Origin: Terriglobia bacterium
GTDB taxonomy: Bacteria; Acidobacteriota; Terriglobia; 20CM-2-55-15
Reading direction: 5' to 3'
Assembly (NCBI GenBank): GCA_965198225.1
Contig: CBDAOY010000004.1
Location: 224,001 to 288,000 of the forward strand
Length of the DNA stretch: 64,000 bases
Shown here in pieces: positions 10,048 to 20,414 of the stretch (position 1 is the first letter of the stretch; each line of letters starts with the position of its first letter). Under the pieces are notes generated by a model. It ran no database searches. It had not been told where the DNA came from and was given only the letters and a program-made list of their open reading frames with translations. The position numbers and the translations under genes were made by a program.

Positions 10048-11451
10048 CTAGTCCCGCAACGTGGGTCGCAGCCGGTGGAAGTCTGTGTCCCTCTGGAACG
10101 CCATTGCGATGTCCAGGGCAGACTGTTCGTCCCAGGCCCTTGCGGTGATGTGCAGCCCCAGCGGCATTTCTTCGACGTCGAAGCCGCAGGGTATGGATAT
10201 GCCTGGCAACCCCGTCAGGTTTGCCATCCGTGTCATGGCAGCGCCACGGCGCGGCGGTTCGGACCGCGTGGGCGGAGGTGTCGGCGGCCCATCGATCAGG
10301 CCGGCGCCCCGACCGCGACTCGGTGCGATGATGGCACTGTATGGCGCCAGCAGTTCGTTTGTCGCGTTGACCATCATCTGCCGGATGCGCTGCGCGGTGA
10401 CGTAGTCCGAAGCGGGAAGCATGCTGCCTGCGAGGAAGTCCGCCCGCCGGGCTCGGTCGAACTGACCCTCGATCCGCTTGTCGTTGAAGAGGTGCTTGTA
10501 GAAAGCGCCCGCCTCGGGGTTCCGGGTGACGTTGTAGACCTCGCTGTAGGGAAAGTCCGGCAGCTCGACGTCTTCAAAAGCGACACCTGACTGTTCGAGA
10601 ACGTCCAGAGCCCGATCGAACACCGCGCGGTTCTCTTCCGGAACCAGGTCGAACTCGTGGCGGACCAGGCCCACCTTTCTGCCCGTCATCGGGCCCGGGT
10701 CGCGCCGGAAGCGGAAGACGGCTTCGGAGCTTCTCGGGTCGCGGGGGTCGTGTCCGGCGATCGCGTCGAGCACAAGGCCACAGTCTTCGGCGGAGCGCGC
10801 CATCGGCCCGAGCTTGTCGAGGCTCCAGGCCAGCGCCATACAACCGTACCGGCTGACCCGTCCGTAGGTCGGCCGCACACCGGCGACGCCGCACGACGAC
10901 GAGGGTCCCATGATGGACCCGCCGGTCTCGGAACCGATAGAGAAGCCCACCAGCGCGGCGGCGGTCGCCGCCCCCGAACCGCTGGACGAGCCCGACGTCG
11001 TTCGATCCAGTTTCCACGGGTTGTGCGGATGGTCGACGAGGTTCGAGCGGAGGGAACCCCCGGCAAACTCTGCCATCGTGAGTTTGGCCATCAGGACGCC
11101 GCCCGCGCCGAGGAGTTTTTCCACCACGGCGGCATCACGAGTCGGAACGCGATCGGCGAAGATACTGGATGCCCAGGTTGTCCGGATTCCTTTGGTGTCG
11201 AGAAGGTCCTTGAGCCCGAAGGGAATGCCGTGGAGCGGTCCCCGAACACGCCCCTGTTGGATCTCTTCTTCTGCAGCCCGCGCGTCCGCAAGCGCCCGGT
11301 CGGGCAGCAAGGTGATGATCGAGGCCAGTTTGGAGTCCAGCTCCTGGGCCCGCTCCAGGTAGGCCTCGGTGACTTCGACGGGTGACAGGGCCCCCGAGGC
11401 GATCTGGCCGGAAAGCTCGCTGACTGTTTGGTAGCACAGTTCTTCACTCAT
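10048..11451 (-). CDS. Amidase-signature family amidase
   Basis: GPLHGIPFGLKD, SGSSSGS, GSETGGSI motifs (Lys-Ser-Ser triad); ATG 11451 with GAGG RBS. Confidence 0.93.
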   Translation of the reverse strand: MSEELCYQTVSELSGQIASGALSPVEVTEAYLERAQELDSKLASIITLLPDRALADARAAEEEIQQGRVRGPLHGIPFGLKDLLDTKGIRTTWASSIFADRVPTRDAAVVEKLLGAGGVLMAKLTMAEFAGGSLRSNLVDHPHNPWKLDRTTSGSSSGSGAATAAALVGFSIGSETGGSIMGPSSSCGVAGVRPTYGRVSRYGCMALAWSLDKLGPMARSAEDCGLVLDAIAGHDPRDPRSSEAVFRFRRDPGPMTGRKVGLVRHEFDLVPEENRAVFDRALDVLEQSGVAFEDVELPDFPYSEVYNVTRNPEAGAFYKHLFNDKRIEGQFDRARRADFLAGSMLPASDYVTAQRIRQMMVNATNELLAPYSAIIAPSRGRGAGLIDGPPTPPPTRSEPPRRGAAMTRMANLTGLPGISIPCGFDVEEMPLGLHITARAWDEQSALDIAMAFQRDTDFHRLRPTLRD

Positions 11452-11455
11452 GCCG

Positions 11456-11740
11456 TCACCTCTCAAACCCGAGAAGGGGTTCGATGTCATCCGGAATTGG
11501 GAAATTGCGCACGACCTGGTGGTCGCGCAGCTTTCGGGTCAGCCCCGCCCGCAAATCCTCCAGGTGTTCCGGGTCTTCGTAGATGCCGCGTACGCCCTGC
11601 ACGTCGAGCAGGGTTAGAACAAGTTCGGTCGACACCTCCCCGTCCTGTTCCATCTCAGTGAGCGCCCTCGCCCAGAGACTTCCCGGCAGAAGCGCCGTCG
11701 CACCGAGCATCGTCGCAAACTCTCGTCTTGTTGGCTCCAT
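11456..11740 (-). CDS. Small protein with twin-arginine-like signal, probable amidase partner
   Basis: MEPTRREFATMLGATALL; ends IEPLLGFER; 4 bp from amidase start. Confidence 0.7.
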   Translation of the reverse strand: MEPTRREFATMLGATALLPGSLWARALTEMEQDGEVSTELVLTLLDVQGVRGIYEDPEHLEDLRAGLTRKLRDHQVVRNFPIPDDIEPLLGFER

Positions 11741-11941
11741 GGATCACCCCTTTTTGGATTTTGTCTGGAACGTTGGAACGTATCATCGAGCGTGAAGACT
11801 TGTCTAACGAAAGAAGGGGCATGAGCGACCGTACACCCCGGGTATTTCGGATTGGCAATGGACTTTCGAGCGGTCGTTGGTCGCAAGTGATCCGGGTGAT
11901 AGTAGAGTGTTCCTGGTCAAACTCTTCGCTTGGAGGCTGGT

Positions 11942-12478
11942 ATGACAAGAAAGCGTGAGTCTCGTCCTGGCGGACCGCGTCGCGAGAAGCTGAGCTCTTC
12001 CCCCACGATTCAACCGGTGCTCACGGACAGTGCCCTTCAGCGAGTTCGTATAAGGGGCGCCCGAGTCCGTTCTTCCACAACCGTTGAAATCCCGTGGGAT
12101 TCCTTGCGGCAAGGCGCCGTGGAAACTCTCCTCCACGACGACCGCGATGCCGTTCGACCGAACAAAATCCACTCGGAAGTGCGCAAGATGCGAAACCGGG
12201 AGATGGCTCGGTTGCGGCGCGAGCGACGCCAGGGAAACAAGACGGTTCTCGAAAAGCGGGAACGCCTGATCGTTTCCTTTCACGACGAGCTGGTGATGCC
12301 GCGGTTCGCCGCGATGTTCAGGGAACCCATGTCCAGGAGAGAACGCGCCACCGCCCGCCGCGCTGCCGAGAGGCTTTCAGACGAGATCGAGCAGGCCCGC
12401 AAGCCCGTTTACGATCGACTCGCGGGGGAGTTGCGTCGAGACTACCGTGCAAAAGTCGTCGAGAGTCCAGACCGGTGA
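11942..12478 (+). CDS. Hypothetical basic helical protein
   Basis: GGAGG RBS, ORF fills gap, host-like codons; no family recognised. Confidence 0.55.
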   Translation: MTRKRESRPGGPRREKLSSSPTIQPVLTDSALQRVRIRGARVRSSTTVEIPWDSLRQGAVETLLHDDRDAVRPNKIHSEVRKMRNREMARLRRERRQGNKTVLEKRERLIVSFHDELVMPRFAAMFREPMSRRERATARRAAERLSDEIEQARKPVYDRLAGELRRDYRAKVVESPDR

Positions 12479-12758
12479 CTGGATCCTCCGTGTCGTGTCC
12501 GCGCCCACCGCCCCCGAGCCGCAAACCGTATTTGTGGCTGCGTTCCTCAGGTAGGGGAGGCTCTCGATCAGGCAAGACCCAGACTCGAAGAAGAGCAGCA
12601 CGATGGTCGCTATGGAGGGGTTTAACCGCATCGCCGGGAGCCGGCTCACGCCTCCCCCCAGATGATGGACTTCGTCTTCCTGGTGGAAGAGAATACTCTG
12701 AAACGTGACACTTGAGCCCGAGGCGCTGCTGGAACCGTCTCGTGCAAGGAGGTCTGTC

Positions 12759-13457
12759 ATGATCAGGCATCTGCTCTCATTCATGATGCTGGCCGTGGCC
12801 GCCGTGTGGCCCGCCGCGGCCACCGCCCAGGATCTGGCGGGGACCTGGACGGGCAGCATGCGCCAGCCCGACTCCGAGTTGGCGGTCACCATGGTCTTCG
12901 AGGTGAACTACGACGGCAGCTGGATTGGCAGAATCGACGTTCCCGTATGGGGTGCCCGCCTGTCCCGCTTGCGTGGGATCGGGATCCGGGGACAGCGGGT
13001 TTCTTTCCAAGTGGAGACCGATTCTGTCACCGGATCGTTCGACGGGTCGATCTCCCCGGACGGCGACACCCTTTCCGGGAATCTCGCGGGTGACACCGGA
13101 AACTATTCTGTGGAGCTTACCCGGATCGATGCCGGGTCCGGAGACGCGGCGTCTCTTGAGGGCGCCTGGGAAGGGCTACTCGATGCCGGCGGGTTCACGA
13201 CGAACGCGGTTCTGGTCGTTTCCAGGAGTGGGGCGGGGGCGGTCACAGCCACCATGAGGATGGGGGATCCCGATTCTGTGGCCCGTCCCATCGACGCCAT
13301 GGTATTCCACGGAGATCTGGTGCGCTTCACCATCCAGGACCTGCGGGTTTTCTTCATTGGGCTGTTGGAAGAAGACGGCAACCTTATATCCGGCACATGG
13401 CGACAGGGGGACGCCCAGCTTCGCCTCGCGCTCGAGAAAAGGGACAATAACGAATGA
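12759..13457 (+). CDS. Secreted hypothetical protein with two tandem beta domains
   Basis: AGGAGG RBS, signal peptide, duplicated LxGxWxG...FxGx(I/L)xxDGxxxSG unit. Confidence 0.8.
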   Translation: MIRHLLSFMMLAVAAVWPAAATAQDLAGTWTGSMRQPDSELAVTMVFEVNYDGSWIGRIDVPVWGARLSRLRGIGIRGQRVSFQVETDSVTGSFDGSISPDGDTLSGNLAGDTGNYSVELTRIDAGSGDAASLEGAWEGLLDAGGFTTNAVLVVSRSGAGAVTATMRMGDPDSVARPIDAMVFHGDLVRFTIQDLRVFFIGLLEEDGNLISGTWRQGDAQLRLALEKRDNNE

Positions 13458-13502
13458 ACACCGGCCTGTTTCGAATATCGGATCGACAAGGAGATTAGTG
13501 CA

Positions 13503-14492
13503 ATGAAAACCCGACTCTTTCTCATCGTCATGCTGGCCGTGGTCGCGATGGCGCTCGTTTTGTCTCCGGTCACAGATGCCCAGCGCACTGCCCGTCTCAA
13601 CCGTCTTGTCGACGCGCTCTCTCGGGGCAAGGTGGCAATCGGGACTTCTTCGGGCGGGGGCAGCGATCTCGGCGGTTTCCGCGAGGCGGGAAAGGCCCGG
13701 GGTGCGGTGCGGAACGTCGACTTCCTGTTCATGAGCCAGGCAAACCCCGCGACGTTCAGCATCCCGAACCTTAAGTCTTACATGGAGGGTCTGGTCGAGG
13801 GCGGAGCGACGAGTAATCCGAGTACCCACCCCATGCTGCTCCGGGTGCCGACGGTGCACGAGGACACCGAGGCCGCCAAGCAGCGGATCCAGCAGGCGCT
13901 GGATGCGGGCGTTTACAACTTCATGTTCCCGCACGTCGAGAGCGCTGAGGAAGCCCTGTTTGCGGTCCGTGCCATGCGATACCCGGCTCAGGACGTGGTC
14001 GACGGAACGCGGCCCAACACCGCCGGGGAGGCGCCATCGGTTTGGGGCGTCCCCGAACCGCGGTATCGGGAGAAGGCGGACCTCTGGCCGCTCGATCCGA
14101 ACGGCGAACTGGCCAGCATCATCCTGCTCGAAAGCGTGGACGCGGTCGAGAAGTACGGGCGTGCCATCACCGCAGTCGCCGGGGCAACGATCGTGATTCC
14201 CGCCCCGGGAGATCTTCGGAGCGCCTACACGGCCCAGATGTTCCCGAATGTGCCACGCGGACGTGGGCGCGGTGGGCGTGGTGGACGCGGCAGCGGGCTC
14301 AGCGAAGCCCAACAGGAGACTCTCCAGGCCAAACTGGAGGAAGTGTTCGCGATGCAGCTGGCGGTTTGCGTGGAGCTCGATGTCGTCTGCGGGATCACCG
14401 CGGGGGAGCAGGACATCGAGCGACGCGTGCGGCAGGGTTTCCGTTTCATCATCGCCAACAGCCCCGAGGCAGTCCGCCGGTGCGGTCTATGA
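13503..14492 (+). CDS. HpcH/HpaI aldolase-citrate lyase family protein with signal peptide
   Basis: IQQALDAGVYNFMFPHVES, ADLWPLDPNGEL, LLES, PGDL motifs. Confidence 0.85.
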   Translation: MKTRLFLIVMLAVVAMALVLSPVTDAQRTARLNRLVDALSRGKVAIGTSSGGGSDLGGFREAGKARGAVRNVDFLFMSQANPATFSIPNLKSYMEGLVEGGATSNPSTHPMLLRVPTVHEDTEAAKQRIQQALDAGVYNFMFPHVESAEEALFAVRAMRYPAQDVVDGTRPNTAGEAPSVWGVPEPRYREKADLWPLDPNGELASIILLESVDAVEKYGRAITAVAGATIVIPAPGDLRSAYTAQMFPNVPRGRGRGGRGGRGSGLSEAQQETLQAKLEEVFAMQLAVCVELDVVCGITAGEQDIERRVRQGFRFIIANSPEAVRRCGL

Positions 14493-14650
14493 CCGCACAG
14501 AGGGCTCCGATTCGTGGGCCGCGATAAACGCGTCGGGCATGCCGCGGCCGGCAACGACTAGACGTATCTCCTGAGCAGGTGTAGGTGCGGTCTATGACCG
14601 CACATTCCGCGCGAGCCGAAACGATGTGCGCTCATAGAGCGCACCTACAC
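14480..14650. repeat. Single REP core (14480-14498) and REPIN doublet (14579-14650)
   Basis: GTGCGGTCTATGACCGCAC overlapping the aldolase stop; full doublet GTGTAG...CTACAC. Confidence 0.9.
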
Positions 14651-14666
14651 CCAGAGACTGTGAAGC

Positions 14667-16268
14667 CTATCTCCCCCGTGGCTTATTGACGCATAGTGCG
14701 GCTCGGCAGTTGTCCGAAAACTCAGAGCCCAGATGCATGAGAAGGTCGATGACCTCGGAGAACACCAGCGTCTTCTCCAGTGGACCGTTCGCGATGTCGG
14801 CGACCGTCTCGCCCGATCCCGGTTCAACCTTGCCCCCGTTCAGAGAGTATGCCGTGGCGAACACATCGGCGCGGGTCGCCGCGTCGGCACCTGACGCCAC
14901 CAGGTACAAGATGACGTCCCTGTCGCCAACCAGCGCAGCGGCGTGCAGCGGCGTGAAGCCGTCCTTGTCCGTGGAGTTCACATCGAGCCCTGCTTCCTCC
15001 ACCAGGAACCGAACCGCGTCCAGCCGCCCTTCCGGCTTGACGTGACGCCCCTGGGACGGCTGGTCACCCCAACCGGCAGCGAGCAGCAGCGCGTTGACGC
15101 CCATCGCTCCCGTGACCGAGGGATTGGCTCCGCGAGTAAGGAGAAACTTCATCGCATCGACATCGTTTGCTTCCGCGGCCCGCAGGAACGCGGTGTTACC
15201 CTGATATGTGGGACCGCCGCCCGGTCCGACGATCCTCATCCACATGCGTCCCTGCATCTGGGCGTCGACGTCGGCTCCGTGCTCCACGAGCATTTCCATC
15301 AGTTCCAGATAGTCCACCTCTTCATTGTCGAGCTTTGGCGACGGATACCAACCCCGGGGCGCCCATCTGGTATCCACGGTCGCAAACAGGGCGGTGGTGC
15401 CTTCCGTGCTCGCCGGGTTCGGATCGGCTCCCTGTTCGAGCAGATACTTCGCGATGTCGTACCGACCGTTGACGATGGCGAGCGTCATCGTGCTCATCCG
15501 ATCCGAAGCAGTCAGGGCGTTGACGTCGGCGCCGGATTTGACCAGTGTCTTGGAGGCACCCATGTGACCCTCTCTCGCGGCGAACTGCAGCGCGGTCATG
15601 CCACCCATAGCCAGAGGTTTCGGCGGCCCCTTTCTCGCCACACGGGCGGTGGGTCCGTCCAACACCGCCTTGCCGCGAGTCATCACCTTGGACACAGCGT
15701 CGAGATCGGCTTCATGCCCGGCGAGGACCCGGATGACGTCAGAGCGGCCCCTGGCCGCGGCGAACATCAACGCCGTCTGCTCCTGGTGGACATCCTTCGC
15801 GTTGACATCTGCGCCCGCCGTCACGAGGACCTCGACGGCGTCGGGGCTGCCCGAGCCGGCGGCCAGCATCAGAGCTGTCGTTCCGATCGTCGAGGCCGAT
15901 GTCGCGTCCGCTCCGGCGCCCAGCAGCGCCTCGATGACGTCGGCGTTTCCATTCTTCGCCGCCATGAACAACGGCGTCATCTCACCGAGACGCGTTCGCG
16001 TGCCGACGTCGGCGCCTGCGCCCAGCAGCAACTCCGTCATCGCCAAGTCATTCAGCGACGCGGCCCAGTGGAGGGCTGTCGTCCCGTCGCCCTGAGCTTC
16101 GTTGACGTCAGCGCCCTCCGCGATCAGTGCTCGAACGGTCTCGATATCGCCATCCATCGCGGCAAGGGAAAGTGGCGCGACCGCGGCCGCTCCCGAAGCC
16201 GCCGTCGTCACGAACAATAAAACGACCAACATCAGTCCAAATCGACCCTGCATTTTTCTTATCCTCAC
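14667..16268 (-). CDS. Secreted ankyrin-repeat protein
   Basis: GADVN...GxTALHWAA/TPLxxAA repeats; last gene of DUF1592-DUF1552 operon. Confidence 0.92.
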   Translation of the reverse strand: MRIRKMQGRFGLMLVVLLFVTTAASGAAAVAPLSLAAMDGDIETVRALIAEGADVNEAQGDGTTALHWAASLNDLAMTELLLGAGADVGTRTRLGEMTPLFMAAKNGNADVIEALLGAGADATSASTIGTTALMLAAGSGSPDAVEVLVTAGADVNAKDVHQEQTALMFAAARGRSDVIRVLAGHEADLDAVSKVMTRGKAVLDGPTARVARKGPPKPLAMGGMTALQFAAREGHMGASKTLVKSGADVNALTASDRMSTMTLAIVNGRYDIAKYLLEQGADPNPASTEGTTALFATVDTRWAPRGWYPSPKLDNEEVDYLELMEMLVEHGADVDAQMQGRMWMRIVGPGGGPTYQGNTAFLRAAEANDVDAMKFLLTRGANPSVTGAMGVNALLLAAGWGDQPSQGRHVKPEGRLDAVRFLVEEAGLDVNSTDKDGFTPLHAAALVGDRDVILYLVASGADAATRADVFATAYSLNGGKVEPGSGETVADIANGPLEKTLVFSEVIDLLMHLGSEFSDNCRAALCVNKPRGR

Positions 16269-16285
16269 TGTAATTCGCCAATCCT

Positions 16286-17656
16286 TTAGATCGAAATCAT
16301 CCCTGTGCTGTCGCCGATCTCCGTCATATCGACGCCGAGCTTGTGCATGATCGCCAGCAGCACGTTCGCCTGCGGTGTTCTTGACTCCGCTTTGACGTGC
16401 AGGTTGCCCCGGACGGTCCCGCTCGCGTGGCCCACCAGAAGTGCCGGCACCATCTTGTGGGCGTGCACGTGAGAGTCCCCCATGGCGCTGCCGTAGAACA
16501 CGAGTGAATGATCCAGCAGGTTGCCGTCGCCATCGGGGGTGTTCTTCAGCTTGTCGAGGAAATAGGCCACCAGGCTGACGTGGTACCGGTTGATCCCGGC
16601 GAACTTTTCGATGCCCTCATCCGTTTCGCCGTGATGCGAAGCGGAATGGAAGGGTGCGTCAACTTCACATTCCGGGAACACGCGGTCGGAGACGTCCCGC
16701 CCCAGCTTCAGCGCGGAGACTCGAGTCACGTCTGCGGCGAAGGCGGCGACCTTCAGGTCCATCATGAGTTTCACCCACTCATCCCACGAATCCGGCACGC
16801 CGACGGGGGCCTCGGGAGTTTCCCGGACCGCCCCGCTCGAGTTGCGCGCCTCGATCGTCTGTATCCGGCGCTCGATCTCGCGCACGCTTTCGAGATAGTC
16901 GTCGAGTCGGGTGTTGTCCCGTGCGTCCAGATCCTGCTTCAACCGCGTGACGTCATGGGTGATGCTGTCCAGGATGCTCCGGTTCATCTCCCGGCGCTTC
17001 GTGCGTTCTTCTTCCGTTCCGCCGAGTCCGAAGATTTCCTCGAACGCCGCGCGCGGGTTGTAGACCATCGGGAGCGGCGTCGTCGGCGAAGACCAGCTGA
17101 TGGTGTCCATGTAGACGCAGCTGTATTTGTAGGCGCAGGAGCCGGAGGCGTCCATTACTTCCGTGCACAACTGAATCGACGGCAGGGGCGTGTCCTGGCC
17201 GTGCTTCTGGGCATAGATCTGGTCGATCGACGTGCCGCAATGAACGTCCGCCCCGACGGTCTGTTTCGGATGAGCCGCCGTCAGGAACACCGCCGCGTTC
17301 CGGAAGTGGTCCGCGCCGACTTCCTCGGGAACCATCGAATCGGCGCCCCCGCAGTCCGTATTGGAAACGATGGTCGTGTAGTCGCGGAATGGTTCCACGG
17401 GTTCGATGATCCTTCCGAACTCGAAATCAGCGCCTTCGGTGAGCGGTCTCCAGAGGCCGGTCTCGTTGCCGTGCGGAGTGCTCCCGGCGCAGCCGTGCAC
17501 GACCTCGATCGCGGCAAAGCGGCTCTTCGGATTTGCTGCGGTGTTGCGGAGCGGCGTCTGTGCCGGCACCATCGCCTCGAGGAACGGCAGGGCGACCATC
17601 GACCCCAGCCCCCGCAGAACCGTGCGCCGCGAGATCTTTTTTCTTGTGATGAACAT
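16286..17656 (-). CDS. DUF1552 family protein with Tat-like signal
   Basis: ISRRTVLRGLG...ALPFLEAMVPA, SIDQI, YLESVREIERRI, GNLLDHS motifs. Confidence 0.92.
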   Translation of the reverse strand: MFITRKKISRRTVLRGLGSMVALPFLEAMVPAQTPLRNTAANPKSRFAAIEVVHGCAGSTPHGNETGLWRPLTEGADFEFGRIIEPVEPFRDYTTIVSNTDCGGADSMVPEEVGADHFRNAAVFLTAAHPKQTVGADVHCGTSIDQIYAQKHGQDTPLPSIQLCTEVMDASGSCAYKYSCVYMDTISWSSPTTPLPMVYNPRAAFEEIFGLGGTEEERTKRREMNRSILDSITHDVTRLKQDLDARDNTRLDDYLESVREIERRIQTIEARNSSGAVRETPEAPVGVPDSWDEWVKLMMDLKVAAFAADVTRVSALKLGRDVSDRVFPECEVDAPFHSASHHGETDEGIEKFAGINRYHVSLVAYFLDKLKNTPDGDGNLLDHSLVFYGSAMGDSHVHAHKMVPALLVGHASGTVRGNLHVKAESRTPQANVLLAIMHKLGVDMTEIGDSTGMISI

Positions 17657-17685
17657 TGCTGTTGGCACTCCTCTTAATTATTAGA

Positions 17686-20103
17686 TCAATTCGCCTCGTC
17701 GACCGTTGAACTGACTCTGCGCATCTGGAACGGATCGCTGTTGACGATACCCGTGACAAACGCAGAAAACCGATTGTCGTCCTGGGCGGCTTGCCGCGCG
17801 ATCGTTCGGACCATCGGCATATCCCTGTAATCCAGGACGCGGCCGACGGCGTAGGTCAGAAGATTCTCGGTAAAGCTTCCCAGGAAGGCTTCGGACCGAT
17901 TCAAGATCGCCTCCCTGACGCTGGCCGGGCCGGCAAACTCGAACCCGTCATACATCTCGCCCGACGGATCGATGGCGATGCCGCCGTCCCGTTCTCTCCA
18001 AACGCCGACCGCATCGAAGTTCTCCAGCGCCATTCCGATCGGGTCCACGATCTTGTGGCACGACGCACACGCCGGGTTGGACCGGTGCTGTTCCATGCGC
18101 TGGCGGACCGTCAGGATCCTGGCGTTATCGACCTGTTCCTCGAGTGGCGGCACCACGGGTGGCGGCTGGGGCGGCGACAGCCCAACCAGAACTTCCAGGA
18201 CGTACTTACCGCGGGTCACTGGCGAGGTTCGGTTTGCGAATGAAGTCAACGTCAGGATTCCGGCTTTGCCCAACAGGCCGAACCTCGAAGGGTCGGTCAG
18301 TGTCACTCGTTTGAAACCCGACCCGATCACGTCCGAAACGCCATAGTGCCGCGCCAGAATTTCATCCAGAAAAGTGTCATCCGCCGTCAGGAGATCCAGG
18401 ACGCTTCGGTTCTCCCGCGCGATCGTGTCGAACAGGAGTTCGATCTCGCGCTGCATCGAGCGGGCCAACTGCTTCGTGAAGTCCGGAAACAGCAGGGATT
18501 CCGGGGCACGATCCTCCAACCCCGTCAGACGCAGCCACTGGCTGGCAAAGTTCGTGGCGAGGGTTTCAGATCGAGGATCGGCCAGCATCCGCTTCACTTG
18601 TTGATCGAGGATCCCCGGATCCCGTAACCCTCCTCGATTAGCGATGTCTATCAGCTCTTCGTCCGGGATGCTGCTCCACAGGAAGTACGCCAGCCGAGAC
18701 GCCAACTCCAGATCCGAGATGCGGTACGACTGCCCCGGCTGCGCGTCGGACGGCTTTCTCTCGAAACGGAAGATGAATTCCGGTTTCGCCAGTATTGCTT
18801 GAACCGATACGCGCACACCTTCGTCGAATCCGCCGTCCTCTTCGCCTCGCCCGTAGAAATCCATCAGGCTTTCAAGATCTTCGTCGTTCACCGGTCTGCG
18901 GAAAGCCTTGCCGGCCAGCGTCGAAATGATCTCCATGGCGCAGCCCTCATTCTCGGCGGCCGTCGCTGGACGGCATGTAAACACCCTGTCCCGAATCGTG
19001 TTGTCCGAGACGCCGGTCGGATCGAAAGGTCCCGTCACACCGAGCGCCTGCAAGTGAGGCAAATCCGTCATCTCGGGTATGGTCGAGATCGTTCTGTCCA
19101 TGATCGTGTTCTCGACGAGCCGGTAATGATCCTGGACCGGCCCGTCGAACTTCGAGATGAACGCCGCTGACAGCCGCCGCTGACCCGCGTTGACGTGGAT
19201 CCGGTCCGTCGAGTAGTCCGCGGCGCTTTCCTTGATCTCCCTGTCGATCGTCAGGACCGCGACCGGCTCTCCGTCCACGGAGATTTCCAGCTGCTGGCCG
19301 TCGAGTTCCTGCGGCAGCGACGCCCCGATCACCAGCTCCGTGTAGTAGAAGAAGGGCGTAGCCGTGAAGATGTATTCCCCGTCGGCCGGGAACGTGTGCA
19401 GCACCGAGATCCCGCCGCGCGTGCCGACGGGCGTACCGGGAACGTGGCGCATCTGGTTTTCCAGCTTCGACACCTTGTAGGTCGTCATCCCGGCGTCCGC
19501 GTCCGGGTCGCCGAATGCGTCGCGGCTGATCTTGTCCGCCGCCCGGACATAGGCCGCCATGAGCGTCGGCGTGATCGTCAGAGCCTCCGACATGTTGTCG
19601 AAACCACCGCCGGCCACACCGGACGACGTGCGGGCATCGGGCGGCAGCAGATCGCCGACGTCCACCTGGATGCCCAGTAGATCGCGAACCGCGTTCTGGT
19701 ATTCCGTCCGGTTCATCCGGTGCAGTTCCGGCGATTTCACATACGGAGCGACCGCCGCGGCATCGTCGACGCGCGTTTCCAGGCCCGCTGCAAAGGCATT
19801 CGTTGTTTGGATGTCAGGCCGCAACGCACCTGCCGGCGGCATCATTCCCGTCCGCACTTTCCGGATAATCCGTTCGGCAAGGGGCCCGTTCTGCTCGGGA
19901 TGCGCCAGGTCGATCGCGCTCCAGGTAAACCCGCCGGATTCCACACCATCGTCGTGACAAATGGAGCAATACTGCTCGGCGAGCGCCTGCTGGGCTTCCA
20001 CCGACATTACTTCAGTGATTTCCTGGCCGAGGAGGGCCTGGCCTGGGAGGAACATCAACATCGCCGCTACCAGCGAGCCCTTGGAGACGCACATAGCCTT
20101 CAT
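17686..20103 (-). CDS. DUF1592/DUF1588/DUF1585/DUF1587/DUF1595 (PSD) protein with two CxxCH heme motifs
   Basis: CSICH, RMNRTEYQNAVRDLL, ELASRLAYFLWSSIPD, TSPVTRG, CASCH. Confidence 0.93.
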   Translation of the reverse strand: MKAMCVSKGSLVAAMLMFLPGQALLGQEITEVMSVEAQQALAEQYCSICHDDGVESGGFTWSAIDLAHPEQNGPLAERIIRKVRTGMMPPAGALRPDIQTTNAFAAGLETRVDDAAAVAPYVKSPELHRMNRTEYQNAVRDLLGIQVDVGDLLPPDARTSSGVAGGGFDNMSEALTITPTLMAAYVRAADKISRDAFGDPDADAGMTTYKVSKLENQMRHVPGTPVGTRGGISVLHTFPADGEYIFTATPFFYYTELVIGASLPQELDGQQLEISVDGEPVAVLTIDREIKESAADYSTDRIHVNAGQRRLSAAFISKFDGPVQDHYRLVENTIMDRTISTIPEMTDLPHLQALGVTGPFDPTGVSDNTIRDRVFTCRPATAAENEGCAMEIISTLAGKAFRRPVNDEDLESLMDFYGRGEEDGGFDEGVRVSVQAILAKPEFIFRFERKPSDAQPGQSYRISDLELASRLAYFLWSSIPDEELIDIANRGGLRDPGILDQQVKRMLADPRSETLATNFASQWLRLTGLEDRAPESLLFPDFTKQLARSMQREIELLFDTIARENRSVLDLLTADDTFLDEILARHYGVSDVIGSGFKRVTLTDPSRFGLLGKAGILTLTSFANRTSPVTRGKYVLEVLVGLSPPQPPPVVPPLEEQVDNARILTVRQRMEQHRSNPACASCHKIVDPIGMALENFDAVGVWRERDGGIAIDPSGEMYDGFEFAGPASVREAILNRSEAFLGSFTENLLTYAVGRVLDYRDMPMVRTIARQAAQDDNRFSAFVTGIVNSDPFQMRRVSSTVDEAN

Positions 20104-20300
20104 AAAATAGCTAACCTCATGTACCGTTTTATATCGTGTCTAACTATTTACCATCCTTGTCCATGGCGACGAACCCCTTTTTTTATATCTGCAGAAGTTG
20201 CCCGCAACCATTGATGGCCAAAACATCTGCAGGGAACCCCTCCGGTACGGGATAAGTCCGCTCGAATCAGTAGGCGCCGCGTTCGAAGCTCTGGCATCGC

Positions 20301-20369
20301 GTGTAGGTGCGCTCTATGAGCGCACGTGTGTCGGTTCGAAGAATGTGCGGTCATAGACCGCCCCTACAC
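20301..20369. repeat. REPIN-like doublet
   Basis: GTGTAGGTGCGCTCTATGAGCGCAC...GTGCGGTCATAGACCGCCCCTACAC. Confidence 0.9.
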
Positions 20370-20414
20370 CTCCTTTGGACACCGTAAATAGCCCGCCGTC
20401 ATCCAGTTAAAAGG

